From Antedon mediterranea (lineage: Eukaryota; Animalia; Echinodermata): a stretch of 64,000 nucleotides of DNA. Numbering within the stretch: position 1 is the stretch's first letter; each line of letters starts with the position of its first letter. The position numbers and the translations under genes were made by a program. The notes under the pieces are model-generated. The model ran no database searches. It worked only from the letters and a program-made list of their open reading frames with translations, and was not told the origin of the DNA. Of the stretch, positions 23,820 through 38,619 are shown one piece after another. The stretch spans positions 23,697,237-23,761,236 of the forward strand of contig NC_092672.1 in assembly GCF_964355755.1 (NCBI RefSeq), given 5' to 3'.

Positions 23820-24824
23820 ATGTAGCTCAAACCTGGTAACCACACAGCTCTGTACATCATAAATCACTCTTTCTGCATTTACAGCGTCCAAGATCACAGT
23901 CGGTGTGTCACAGCGATTTGTGACATCTGAAAGTTCCGGCAATGAACTCCAAACTGGACTAAATTTGTTGCCGTCCTTCCTCCATCCCCAGTTTGCTGGG
24001 TCCTGTTCAACCCTGAATGCATCTAGACAGTTGTACCACTTTCTGGCTTGTAGAAAAGACCGTTTCACATGTTCTCTTAATGCCGCAGATGTTGGGGGGA
24101 TATTTTCAATAGTCTGTAGTAAAAAGATATCGTCTTGCATCATTTACCTTCTTTCTACATAGTTACAACAAACTGTTCTAGATAATCTGTGTCACTAACA
24201 TCCCCTACAGACAATGACATCGTCTCAAATTCCTTTCCTTGAACAGATGAAGTTGTATTACAACTGCTAAAGGAATGAAAGAACAAGTAAGCGGATGATG
24301 CTTGTGATCCAAGAGAAGTAATCTTGTGTGTTGAGATATACTTCAAGTGCTTCCCCACTCCAAACTCGATCCAAAGCTCGTGGATGCCAGGTATTCTGTG
24401 GAAAGTTGACAATGAAATAGCAACAACATCACTGTCTACAGTCTTGACAAGAATGCGCGGACAAATTTTAGCGGCATGTTTAACATGAACAAACATACGT
24501 TCATCTGCCTCTTCTATGTTACATGGCATCAGCGGTTTTATATTTACAGACTGGTTTGTTACAGCTCTGTCTCTCAGAGACCCTACAAACATTCCGTGAT
24601 TTGTGTCAATGTTCTCTACTACTTCAGTTACAATTAATGAAACAACTCTGATTTGTCGTCATCATATCTCGAATATGTGGTCCAATTGTTGGGCATGCTC
24701 CCACTGGCTTTGACGCCCCTCCTTACACCAGAGCCGCGGTTTGAACGCGTACTAGACTTTAAACCGTCGTTAAAGTATCTATCGAAAACCAAATCTGGTC
24801 ACGTCACTGATCGAAGTTGATGGT
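23820..24824 (-). pseudogene. Academ protein C-terminal fragment, left arm
   Basis: ORFs 23655-24143 and 24155-24592; frameshifted and with deletions. Confidence 0.8.
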
Positions 24825-26000
24825 CTATATGGTTGTACGACAAAATGAAGCACCATTAGTTGCTGCCAAGGTGTTAGATGGACCAGCAATAATCAATATG
24901 CTCAGGCCCAATGATTCGAAGACATTCATTGAGTATATATCAAGTGTCATACAACCATCAACTTCGATCAGTGACACGACTAGATTTGTTTTTCGATAGA
25001 TACTTTAACGACAGTTTAAAGTCTGGTACGCGTTCAAACCGCGTCTCTGGTGTAAGGAGGGTCGTTAAAGCCAACGGGAGCTTGCCCAACAATTGGACAA
25101 CATTTTTTAGATTTGATGACAACAAATCAGAGTTGTTTTCATTTATTGTAACTGAAGTAGTAGAGAACATTGGCACAAATCACGGAATGTTTGTAGGGTC
25201 TTTGGGAGACAGAGCTGTAACAAAACAGTAAATATACAATCGCTGATGCCATGTAACATAGAAGAGGCAGATGAACGTATGTTTGTTCACGTTAAACTTG
25301 CCGCTGAAATTGTCCACGCATTGTCAAGACTGTACACAGTGATGTTGTTGTCAGCTTTCCACAGAATACCTGGCATCCACAAGCTTCGGATCGAGTTTGG
25401 AGTGGGGAAGCACTTGAAGTATATCCCAATACACGAGATTGCTTCTTCTCTTGGATCACAAGCATCAGCCGCTTACTTGTTCTTTCATACCATTAGCGGT
25501 TGTGATAGAATTTCATCTGTTTAAGGAAAAGGTAAAGCTACATTTAGGCTACCGAGACTTTGAAAAAGATGCCATGTATGACTCCAGTTTTTGAGAGGAT
25601 GTCATTGTCTGTAGGGCATGTTAGTGAAACAGACACAGTTTGTTGTAACTATGTCTACTGCAGAACATTTAATGATGCAAGACGATATCTTTTTACAACA
25701 AGAGAAAGACTATTGAAAATACCCCCCAACATCTGCGGCATTAAGAGAACATGTGAAACGGAAGCCAGGAAGTGGTACGACTGTCTAGATGCATTCAGGG
25801 TTGAACAGGACCCAGCGAACTGGGGATAGAGGAAGGACGGCAACAAATTTTGTCCAGCTTGCAGTTGATTGCCGGAACTTTCAGATGTCACAAAGGTTTT
25901 AATTCGCTGTGGACACACCGACTGATTTACGATGCACAGAGCTGTGTGGTTGCCAGGGAAAATGTGACCTACAATAAGTGTCCGTGTTAAATGCATGTAA
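24825..26000 (+). pseudogene. Academ protein C-terminal fragment, spacer plus right arm
   Basis: KVLDGPAIINMLRP..TF.EY, RLDLFFDRY..SLKSGTRSNR, LPNNWTTF..DNKSELFSF, EEADERMFVH; multiple stops and frameshifts. Confidence 0.8.
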
Positions 26001-26049
26001 TTATGAACAACACAAATAGTGTAAAGCCAGTACGCGTTGAGCTACATTC

Positions 26050-26820
26050 AAAATGGCCGCCATGCAATCAAAGACGTTATACCAATATGTTTGTTGACCT
26101 CAATACTATATTATACTTTGTACCTAAAATTATAACTGTAGGTACCGTACTGAAACATTTTTAGTTCGCCATTTTGAAATTCAAAATGGCCGCCATGCAA
26201 TAAAAATGTAAGTTAAATACCAATATGTTTGGTTACCCATTAGGCCTACCATATAATTGGCACCTAAAATCAGAACTCTATGTACCTTTTTAGCAGAGAT
26301 ACCTGAAAAGTGAAAATTTGAAGTCCGCCATTTTGAAATCCAAAATGGCCGCCATGCAATCAAAATGTTAGTTATACCAATATGTTTGGTGACCCCATTA
26401 ATATATAATTTGCACCTAAAATCAGAACTCTGGTGCCTTTTTAGCAGAGATATGCCTGAAAAATGAAAATTTGAAATCCGCCATTTTGAAATCCAACATG
26501 GCCGCCATGGATTCAAAATGTTAGTTATACCAGTATGTTTGGTGACCCCACTACCATATAATTTGCACCTAAAATCAGAACTCTAGGTGCCTCTTTAACA
26601 GAGATATACCTAAAAAGTGAAAATTTTAAGTCCGCCATTTTGAAATCTAAAATGGCCGCCATGCAATTAAAATGTTAGTTATACCAATATCTTTGGTGAC
26701 CCCATTACCATATAATTTGCACCTAAATTCAGAACTCTAGGTGCCTATTTAGCAGAGATATACCTGAAAAGTGAACAATTTGGGTCTGCCATTTTGAAAT
26801 CCAAAATGGCGGCTTTCCCC
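26050..26820. repeat. ~120-bp subterminal tandem repeats of the Academ element (mirrored at 23210-23820)
   Basis: Recurrent CCGCCATTTTGAAATCCAAAATGGCCGCCATG cores. Confidence 0.85.
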
Positions 26821-27858
26821 TGACCAAATTTTGTGCAACCCTTCCATTTCATATTTTTGACACCCTAATGAATAACTGTGCAAAGTTTCAGAATGTTATC
26901 ACAATTTGAAGGATTGGGTCACTTAACAGGCCTACTACGTAGTGTAGACCTCTCATATCCCATGTACTGTATTTTGTTGCTTGTAACCCGTTTTTCCCTT
27001 CACTTCTTAAATGCTCAAACTTGTGGCCATGTCAAGAACTTATAATCACAAGATGATTCCTGATTCCTGATTCTTGTTAATCTTCCTATGGCCAACAGAA
27101 TAGACCACTTTCATTAGTCTAGTGTGCAAGGCTATCAAACAACTTGATAGCATTGGTCTGTGTCCCTTCTTTGTCTTTTCTATAAATATATTGGGTTGGA
27201 TGGAACAACTCAGTCACAATGTACTTCATCGAAGTGAAAATCTAAATTCTTGAACTATGATCTAATCGGATGCTATAAAGGCTATTACTTTTATAATTTA
27301 CAGTCCCTTTCTTTTTTATGCAAAAAAATAGAATAAAAGAATACTAAAATCAAACATTGAAAAGTCATTTTGTAGTTTTAATCAGGTTATTTCAAAAATA
27401 ATGATTTAGCTTATAAAAAATAAAACCCATTGAATTTCAAACAATGGGCTTCCAGTTTACTACTTTAAAAAAAAATTGTATTTGGTTAAATAATTTTTCG
27501 TTTCCACCAATTTTTTTGTCAAACTAGTGTAACATTCAAAAATAAAAAAAAATATGTGGGGATCATTTAAGCATTTGACCTTTAACATTGTATCTACAGA
27601 AGAAAGCACAGATAAAATGTTATTTTAAAGCTTTAAGGCCACATTTATATTTGTACCTAATACATTCTTATTCAAAATACTCAAGTTTAAGATATAAAAT
27701 AATTGTATATAGTGTATTAATTGACCTAGACTCCAAAGGCAAAATTAAATTTTAAGAATAATGTTTGTATGTGTTTCTTTCATTCTTTACAAAAACCTAG
27801 TGGTTAAAGAGAAAATTAGGGAAAAGTTTTCAAATGGCAGCCATTTTGAATTTATGGA

Positions 27859-30800
27859 AAACAAGTAATTACTAATACACAACCCAGGGTATAGATACTA
27901 ATATCTATATAGGCCTATATTAAAACAAGTAATTACTAATACACAACCCAGGGTATAGATACTAATATCTATATAGGCCTATATTAAAACAAGTAATTAC
28001 TAATACACAACCCAGGGTATAGATACTAATATCTATATAGGCCTATATTAAAACAAGTAATTACTAATACACACCCAGGGTATAGATACTAATATCTATA
28101 TAGGCCTATATTAACACAAGTAATTACTAATACACAACCCAGGGTATAGATACTAATATCTATATAGGCCTATATTAACACAAGTAATTACTAATACACA
28201 ACCCAGGGTATAGATACTAATATCTATATAGGCCTATATTAAAACAAGTAATTACTAATACACAACCCAGGGTATAGATACTAATATCTATATAGGCCTA
28301 TATTAACACAAGTAATTACTAATACACAACCCAGGGTATAGATACTAATATCTATATAGGCCTATATTAACACAAGTAATTACTAATACACAACCCAAGG
28401 TATAGATACTAATATCTATATAGGCCTATATTAAAACAAGTATTTACTAATACACAACCCAGGGTATAGATACTAATATCTATATAGGCCTATATTAAAA
28501 CAAGTAATTACTAATACACAACCCAGGGTATAGATACTAATATCTATATAGGCCTATATTAAAACAAGTAATTACTAATACACAATCCAGGGTATAGATA
28601 CTAATATCTATATAGGCCTATATTAAAACAAGTAATTACTAATACACAACCCAGGGTATAGATACTAATATCTATATAGGCCTATATTAAAACAAGTAAT
28701 TACTAATACACAACCCAGGGTATAGATACTAATATCTATATAGGCCTATATTAACACAAGTAATTACTAATACACAACCCAGGGTATAGATACTAATATC
28801 TATATAGGCCTATATTAACACAAGTAATTACTAATACACAACCCAGGGTATAGATACTAATATCTATATAGGCCTATATTAACACAAGTAATTACTAATA
28901 CACAACCCAGGGTATAGATACTAATATCTATATAGGCCTATATTAAAACAAGTAATTACTAATACACAACCCAGGGTATAAATACTAATATCTATATAGG
29001 CCTATATTAACACAAGTAATTACTAATACACAACCCAGGGTATAGATACTAATATCTATATAGGCCTATATTAACACAAGTAATTACTAATACACAACCC
29101 AGGGTATAGATACTAATATCTATATAGGCCTATATTAACACAAGTAATTACTAATACACAACCCAGGGTATAGATACTAATATCTATATAGGCCTATATT
29201 AACACAAGTAATTACTAATACACAACCCAGGGTATAGATACTAATATCTATATAGGCCTATATTAACACAAGTAATTACTAATACACAACCCAGGGTATA
29301 GATACTAATATCTATATAGGCCTATATTAACACAAGTAATTACTAATACACAACCCAGGGTATAGATACTAATATCTATATAGGCCTATATTAAAACAAG
29401 TAATTACTAATACACAACCCAGGGTATAAATACTAATATCTATATAGGCCTATATTAACACAAGTAATTACTAATACACAACCCAGGGTATAGATACTAA
29501 TATCTATATAGGCCTATATTAACACAAGTAATTACTAATACACAACCCAGGGTATAGATACTAATATCTTTATAGGCCTATATTAACACAAGTAATTACT
29601 AATACACAACCCAGGGTATAGATACTAATATCTATATAGGCCTATATTAAAACAAGTAATTACTAATACACAACCCAGGGTATAGATACTAATATCTATA
29701 TAGGCCTATATTAAAACAAGTAATTACTAATACACAACCCAGGGTATAGATACTAATATCTATATAGGCCTATATTAAAACAAGTAATTACTAATACACA
29801 ACCCAGGGTATAGATACTAATATCTATATAGGCCTATATTAACACAAGTAATTACTAATACACAACCCAGGGTATAGATACTAATATCTATATAGGCCTA
29901 TATTAAAACAAGTAATTACTAATACACAACCCAGGGTATAGATACTAATATCTATATAGGCCTATATTAAAACAAGTAATTACTAATACACAACCCAGGG
30001 TATAGATACTAATATCTATATAGGCCTATATTAACACAAGTAATTACTAATACACAACCCAGGGTATAGATACTAATATCTATATAGGCCTATATTAAAA
30101 CAAGTAATTACTAATACACAACCCAGGGTATAGATACTAATATCTATATAGGCCTATATTAACACAAGTAATTACTAATACACAACCCAGGGTATAGATA
30201 CTAATATCTATATAGGCCTATATTAACACAAGTAATTACTAATACACAACCCAGGGTATAGATACTAATATCTATATAGGCCTATATTAAAACAAGTAAT
30301 TACTAATACACAACCCAGGGTATAGATACTAATATCTATATAGGCCTATATTAACACAAGTAATTACTAATACACAACCCAGGGTATAGATACTAATATC
30401 TATATAGGCCTATATTAAAACAAGTAATTACTAATACACAACCCAGGGTATAGATACTAATATCTATATAGGCCTATATTAAAACAAGTAATTACTAATA
30501 CACAACCCAGGGTATAGATACTAATATCTATATAGGCCTATATTAAAACAAGTAATTACTAATACACAACCCAGGGTATAGATACTAATATCTATATAGG
30601 CCTATATTAACACAAGTAATTACTAATACACAACCCAGGGTATAGATACTAATATCTATATAGGCCTATATTAACACAAGTAATTACTAATACACAACCC
30701 AGGGTATAGATACTAATATCTATATAGGCCTATATTAACACAAGTAATTACTAATACACAACCCAGGGTATAGATACTAATATCTATATAGGCCTATATT

Positions 30801-33800
30801 AAAACAAGTAATTACTAATACACAACCCAGGGTATAGATACTAATATCTATATAGGCCTATATTAAAACAAGTAATTACTAATACACAACCCAGGGTATA
30901 GATACTAATATCTATATAGGCCTATATTAAAACAAGTAATTACTAATACACAACCCAGGGTATAGATACTAATATCTATATAGGCCTATATTAACACAAG
31001 TAATTACTAATACACAACCCAGGGTATAGATACTAATATCTATATAGGCCTATATTAACACAAGTAATTACTAATACACAACCCAGGGTATAGATACTAA
31101 TATCTATATAGGCCTATATTAACACAAGTAATTACTAATACACAACCCAGGGTATAGATACTAATATCTATATAGGCCTATATTAAAACAAGTAATTACT
31201 AATACACAACCCAGGGTATAGATACTAATATCTATATAGGCCTATATTAAAACAAGTAATTACTAATACACAACCCAGGGTATAGATACTAATATCTATA
31301 TAGGCCTATATTAACACAACTAATTACTAATACACAACCCAGGGTATAGATACTAATATCTATATAGGCCAAAAATAAAACAAGTAATTACTAATACACA
31401 ACCCAGGGTATAGATACTAATATCTATATAGGCCTATATTAAAACAAGTAATTACTAATACACAACCCAGGGTATAGATACTAATATCTATATAGGCCTA
31501 TATTAACACAAGTAATTACTAATACACAACCCAGGGTATAGATACTAATATCTATATAGGCCTATATTAAAACAAGTAATTACTAATACACAACCCAGGG
31601 TATAGATACTAATATCTATATAGGCCTATATTAACACAAGTAATTACTAATACACAACCCAGGGTATAGATACTAATATCTATATAGGCCTATATTAAAA
31701 CAAGTAATTACTAATACACAACCCAGGGTATAGATACTAATATCTATATAGGCCTATATTAAAACAAGTAATTACTAATACACAACCCAGGGTATAGATA
31801 CTAATATCTATATAGGCCTATATTAAAACAAGTAATTACTAATACACAACCCAGGGTATAGATACTAATATCTATATAGGCCTATATTAACACAAGTAAT
31901 TACTAATACACAACCCAGGGTATAGATACTAATATCTATATAGGCCTATATTAAAACAAGTAATTACTAATACACAACCCAGGGTATAGATACTAATATC
32001 TATATAGGCCTATATTAAAACAAGTAATTACTAATACACAACCCAGGGTATAGATACTAATATCTATATAGGCCTATATTAACACAAGTAATTACTAATA
32101 CACAACCCTGGGTATAGATACTAATATCTATATAGGCCTATATTAACACAAGTAATTACTAATACACAACCCAGGGTATAGATACTAATATCTATATAGG
32201 CCTATATTAAAACAAGTAATTACTAATACACAACCCAGGGTATAGATACTAATATCTATATAGGCCTATATTAACACAAGTAATTACTAATACACAACCC
32301 AGGGTATAGATACTAATATCTATATAGGCCTATATTAAAACAAGTAATTACTAATACACAACCCAGGGTATAGATACTAATATCTATATAGGCCTATATT
32401 AACACAAGTAATTACTAATACACAACCCTGGGTATAGATACTAATATCTATATAGGCCTATATTAACACAAGTAATTACTAATACACAACCCAGGGTATA
32501 GATACTAATATCTATATAGGCCTATATTAAAACAAGTAATTACTAATACACAACCCAGGGTATAGATACTAATATCTATATAGGCCTATATTAACACAAG
32601 TAATTACTAATACACAACCCAGGGTATAGATACTAATATCTATATAGGCCTATATTAACACAAGTAATTACTAATACACAACCCAGGCTAGATACTAATA
32701 TCTATATAGGCCTATATTAAAACAAGTAATTACTAATACACAACCCAGGGTATAGATACTAATATCTATATAGGCCTATATTAAAACAAGTTATTACTAA
32801 TACACAACCCAGGGTATAGATACTAATATCTATATAGGCCTATATTAACACAAGTAATTACTAATACACAACCCAAGGTATAGATACTAATATCTATATA
32901 GGCCTATATTAAAACAAGTAATTACTAATACACAACCCAGGGTATAGATACTAATATCTATATAGGCCTATATTAAAACAAGTAATTACTAATACACAAC
33001 CCAAGGTATAGATACTAATATCTATATAGGCCTATATTAACACAAGTAATTACTAATACACAACCCAGGGTATAGATACTAATATCTATATAGGCCTATA
33101 TTAACACAAGTAATTACTAATACACAACCCAGGGTATAGATACTAATATCTATATAGGCCTATATTAAAACAAGTAATTACTAATACACAACCCAGGGTA
33201 TAGATACTAATATCTATATAGGCCTATATTAAAACAAGTAATTACTAATACACAACCCAGGGTATAGATACTAATATCTATATAGGCCTATATTAAAACA
33301 AGTAATTACTAATACACAACCCAGGGTATAGATACTAATATCTATATAGGCCTATATTAACACAAGTAATTACTAATACACAACCCAGGGTATAGATACT
33401 AATATCTATATAGGCCTATATTAAAACAAGTAATTACTAATACACAACCCAGGGTATAGATACTAATATCTATATAGGCCTATATTAACACAAGTAATTA
33501 CTAATACACAACCCAGGGTATAGATACTAATATCTATATAGGCCTATATTAAAACAAGTAATTACTAATACACAACCCAGGGTATAGATACTAATATCTA
33601 TATAGGCCTATATTAAAACAAGTAATTACTAATACACAACCCAGGGTATAGATACTAATATCTATATAGGCCTATATTAAAACAAGTAATTACTAATACA
33701 CAACCCAGGGTATAGATACTAATATCTATATAGGCCTATATTAAAACAAGTAATTACTAATACACAACCCAGGGTATAGATACTAATATCTATATAGGCC

Positions 33801-36368
33801 TATATTAACACAAGTAATTACTAATACACAACCCAGGGTATAGATACTAATATCTATATAGGCCTATATTAAAACAAGTAATTACTAATACACAACCCAG
33901 GGTATAGATACTAATATCTATATAGGCCTATATTAAAACAAGTAATTACTAATACACAACCCAGGGTATAGATACTAATATCTATATAGGCCTATATTAA
34001 AACAAGTAATTACTAATACACAACCCAGGGTATAGCTACTAATATCTATATAGGTCTATATTAACACAAGTAATTACTAATACACAACCCAGGGTATAGA
34101 TACTAATATCTATATAGGCCTATATTAAAACAAGTAATTACTAATACACAACCCAGGGTATAGATACTAATATCTATATAGGCCTATATTAACACAAGTA
34201 ATTACTAATACACAACCCAGGGTATAGATACTAATATCTATATAGGCCTATATTAAAACAAGTAATTACTAATACACAACCCAGGGTATAGCTACTAATA
34301 TCTATATAGGCCTATATTAAAACAAGTAATTACTAATACACAACCCAGGGTATAGATACTAATATCTATATAGGCCTATATTAACACAAGTAATTACTAA
34401 TACACAACCCAGGGTATAGATACTAATATCTATATAGGCCTATATTAACACAAGTAATTACTAATACACAACCCAGGGTATAGATACTAATATCTATATA
34501 GGTCTATATTAACACAAGTAATTACTAATACACAACCCAGGGTATAGATACTAATATCTATATAGGCCTATATTAAAACAAGTAATTACTAATACACAAC
34601 CCAGGGTATAGATACTAATATCTATATAGGCCTATATTAAAACAAGTAATTACTAATACACAACCCAGGGTATAGATACTAATATCTATATAGGCCTATA
34701 TTAAAACAAGTAATTACTAATACACAACCCAGGGTATAGATACTAATATCTATATAGGCCTATATTAAAACAAGTAATTACTAATACACAACCCAGGGTA
34801 TAGATACTAATATCTATATAGGCCTATATTAACACAAGTAATTACTAATACACAACCCAGGGTATAGATACTAATATATATATAGGCCTATATTAAAACA
34901 AGTAATTACTAATACACAACCCAGGGTATAGATACTAATATCTATATAGGCCTATATTAAAACAAGTAATTACTAATACACAACCCTGGGTATAGATACT
35001 AATATCTATATAGGCCTATATTAACACAAGTAATTACTAATACACAACCCAGGGTATAGATACTAATATCTATATAGGCCTATATTAAAACAAGTAATTA
35101 CTAATACACAACCCAGGGTATAGATACTAATATCTATATAGGCCTATATTAAAACAAGTAATTACTAATACACAACCCAGGGTATAGATACTAATATCTA
35201 TATAGGCCTATATTAAAACAAGTAATTACTAATACACAACCCAGGGTATAGATACTAATATCTATATAGGCCTATATTAAAACAAGTAATTACTAATACA
35301 CAACCCAGGGTATAGATACTAATATCTATATAGGCCTATATTAACACAAGTAATTACTAATACACAACCCAGGGTATAGATACTAATATATATATAGGCC
35401 TATATTAAAACAAGTAATTACTAATACACAACCCAGGGTATAGATACTAATATCTATATAGGCCTATATTAAAACAAGTAATTACTAATACACAACCCTG
35501 GGTATAGATACTAATATCTATATAGGCCTATATTAACACAAGTAATTACTAATACACAACCCAGGGTATAGATACTAATATCTATATAGGCCTATATTAA
35601 CACAAGTAATTACTAATACACAACCCAGGGTATAGATACTAATATCTATATAGGCCTATATTAAAACAAGTAATTACTAATACACAACCCAGGGTATAGA
35701 TACTAATATCTATATAGGCCTATATTAAAACAAGTAATTACTAATACACAACCCAGGGTATAGATACTAATATCTATATAGGCCTATATTAAAACAAGTA
35801 ATTACTAATACACAACCCAGGGTATAGATACTAATATCTATATAGGCCTATATTAAAACAAGTAATTACTAATACACAACCCAGGCTAGATACTAATATC
35901 TATATAGGCCTATATTAAAACAAGTAATTACTAATACACAACCCTGGGTATAGATACTAATATCTATATAGGCCTATATTAACACAAGTAATTACTAATA
36001 CACAACCCAGGGTATAGATACTAATATCTATATAGGCCTATATTAACACAAGTAATTACTAATACACAACCCAGGGTATAGATACTAATATCTATATAGG
36101 CCTATATTAACACAAGTAATTACTAATACACTACCCAGGGTATAGATACTAATATCTATATAGGCCTATATTAAAACAAGTAATTACTAATACACAACCC
36201 AGGGTATAGATACTAATATCTATATAGGCCTATATTAACACAAGTAATTACTAATACACAACCCTGGGTATAGATACTAATATCTATATAGGCCTATATT
36301 AACACAAGTAATTACTAATACACAACCCAGGGTCTAGATACTAATATCTATATAGGCCTATATTAACA
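27859..36368. repeat. 64-bp satellite array, ~133 copies
   Basis: Unit ACAAGTAATTACTAATACACAACCCAGGGTATAGATACTAATATCTATATAGGCCTATATTAA(A/C); period measured 27861 to 27925. Confidence 0.98.
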
Positions 36369-38199
36369 GCAACAAAAAAAATTTTGGACTGAAAAAGCTA
36401 TACAACATATTTCTATATATTACAAATAACATGAGAAAATGCAAATTTCAACTATTATTTTGAAACACTACACAGAAATTACATGATGCCCCCACGATAA
36501 TTTTAATGGAAATAGCAAGAGCAACATTTCAACCAACCATGCCTACACCCTGGTTGCCTTTAAAGCGTTACCATCGGAGTTACAGCTCTTTGAAAAACAT
36601 ACACAAATTCCCATGTATGGAATTCCTGAAGAAAAACACCCATAAGAAAAATAATGGTATTTTCTAAATTCAATAATTGATTTACGTAAATTTTGTTTTA
36701 CATTAGAGCAAGATTAGTACAAAAAGATTTCACAAAAACAATTCACAAATTCTGTGCCATATCTAAATAAGGACAAAATTCACATGCCAAAATCACACCT
36801 TTTACCATGGCAACCATTACTTTTTTTTCAAAAATATTTCAGTTTTGTTATATTTAAGTGTGAATAATTACCAAAGTATGAAGAAAATTCATTTTTTGGC
36901 ATTTGGCCACATTATGTTGATATTTGTAGTCAACCGCTCTTAAGACTTAGAAGATGTGCTTACATCCTCAAAAATGCACTCTCGTAGACGTCATTTTAGA
37001 TGACCAACAATTCTCCAATCAAATGACAAGAATTCGAGTAACTGACCTCAACTGACCGGCACACAAACAATTTCTATTGTTTCGGGACTGAAAGAAACCG
37101 AATGCAACTTTAAATCATGTCACACGTGCAGTAAGGGTGACCACGACCATATAAGCTTACCTTACAGACGGTCAGAATGCACATACAGTCTTATGACTTA
37201 TTTCCAATGGAATGGTGCCGGGAACACACCCAAAGTTTGAATCTGTAAATGATCCTAAATGCATGGGACATAAAAATAACAAACTTAAATCATATTTCTG
37301 AGAATTATTTTTATTTACTGAAATTATATTGTTAGTTTTACATGATTTCTTTATAATAAAATTTAAAATTTGGATAATTTCATATTCATTGACATGAAAC
37401 TTACTCATGCGTGAAAACCTAATCAAAGCTGAAAGAGCTCCACAAAGACTCTGAATTCTTACAGTGTAATGGATGTTAAGTTTTATTGTACAACAATTGT
37501 ATTATTGTTTGTATTGTGAATACAAATTGGTACGACAGCACACGCATGTAAAAAATTGAATTGTATCAATATTCATTATTCTTTCAACATATACAGTAGA
37601 CAATATGCGGCATTTGACACAACCTTGATACTGGTGGTAGTTCCTGGATTAACATACTTAATCCTGACATGAACTGTATTATAACCCAACTGGACCATGA
37701 CACAGCAAACCAAGTAACACAATACGTGGCTGAGAACTACGTGACTGAGAACTACGTGATGAGAACATCTTTCTTTCTGTGTCATCCATCTTCATTTTTC
37801 TTTGTACCATACAGTAGACCATTTGCAGTGATTGAGACTAAAGGTTATAGCCTAACTGGACCATGATACAGCAAACCAAGTAACGCAATACCAAAAGCTA
37901 TATCAACTGCAGGAGTTGTTGCAACTTGCACAAACTTGTTAATGATGGTAGTAGTTTCTTGATTTACAGGCTCCTCTTCAACACATCTACCATTCTGGTG
38001 CTCACTAACTATTGGTTTATGTGTACCACATTGTTCATTTGAGCTCTTCTGAGATATTTCATCTTTCTTTTGTTCAATGTATACTATTGTATTTCCCTCA
38101 CTTCTACCACTATTACAGTTCAGGTTACCATTTTCATGAAATTGTATTCTATAATTGTTATTTAAATTTTCTGGTTCTACAATTTCATTGATGCTTTTA

Positions 38200-38619
38200 T
38201 CGGTAAACTTATTTCTCTTGTCCTGATCTTCAACTTCTTTACTGGTAAACTTATCTCTCTTGTCTTGATCTTCAACTTCTTTACTGGTAAACTTATCTCT
38301 CTTGTCTTGATCTTCAACTTCTTTGGTGGTAAACTTATCTCTCTTGTCTTGATCTTCAACTTCTTTACTGGTAAACTTATCTCTCTTGTCTTGATCTTCA
38401 ACTTCTTTACTGGTAAACTTATCTCTCTTGTCTTGATCTTCAACTTCTTTACTGGTAAACTTATCTCTCTTGTCTTGATCTTCAACTTCTTTACTGGTAA
38501 ACTTATCTCTCTTGTCTTGATCTTCAACTTCTTTACTGGTAAACTTATCTCTCTTGTCTTGATCTTCAACTTCTTTACTGGTAAACTTATCTCTATTGTC
38601 TTGATCTTCAACTTCTTTG
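38200..38619 (-). repeat. 42-bp coding tandem repeat x10 (KEVEDQDKRDKFTS) in myosin tail exon
   Basis: Seen directly in DNA and in ORF 37845-38738. Confidence 0.95.

Larger units (their letters stand above)
23078..26937. mobile_element. Academ-type DNA transposon derivative in fold-back (palindromic) arrangement
   Basis: Termini TAGTAGGCATGTTAAG ... CTTAACAGGCCTACTA with 3-bp TSD CGT; long inverted arms; remnants EEADERMFVHV, KTVDSDVV, FHTISGCD, IPPTSAALREHVKR..QA..W..DP..WGW typical of the Academ XPG-like nuclease C-terminus. Confidence 0.85.

Noticed and set aside
27859-36368. CRISPR-like array
   Set aside because: Head-to-tail identical 64-bp units with no unique spacers, no cas genes, eukaryotic context.
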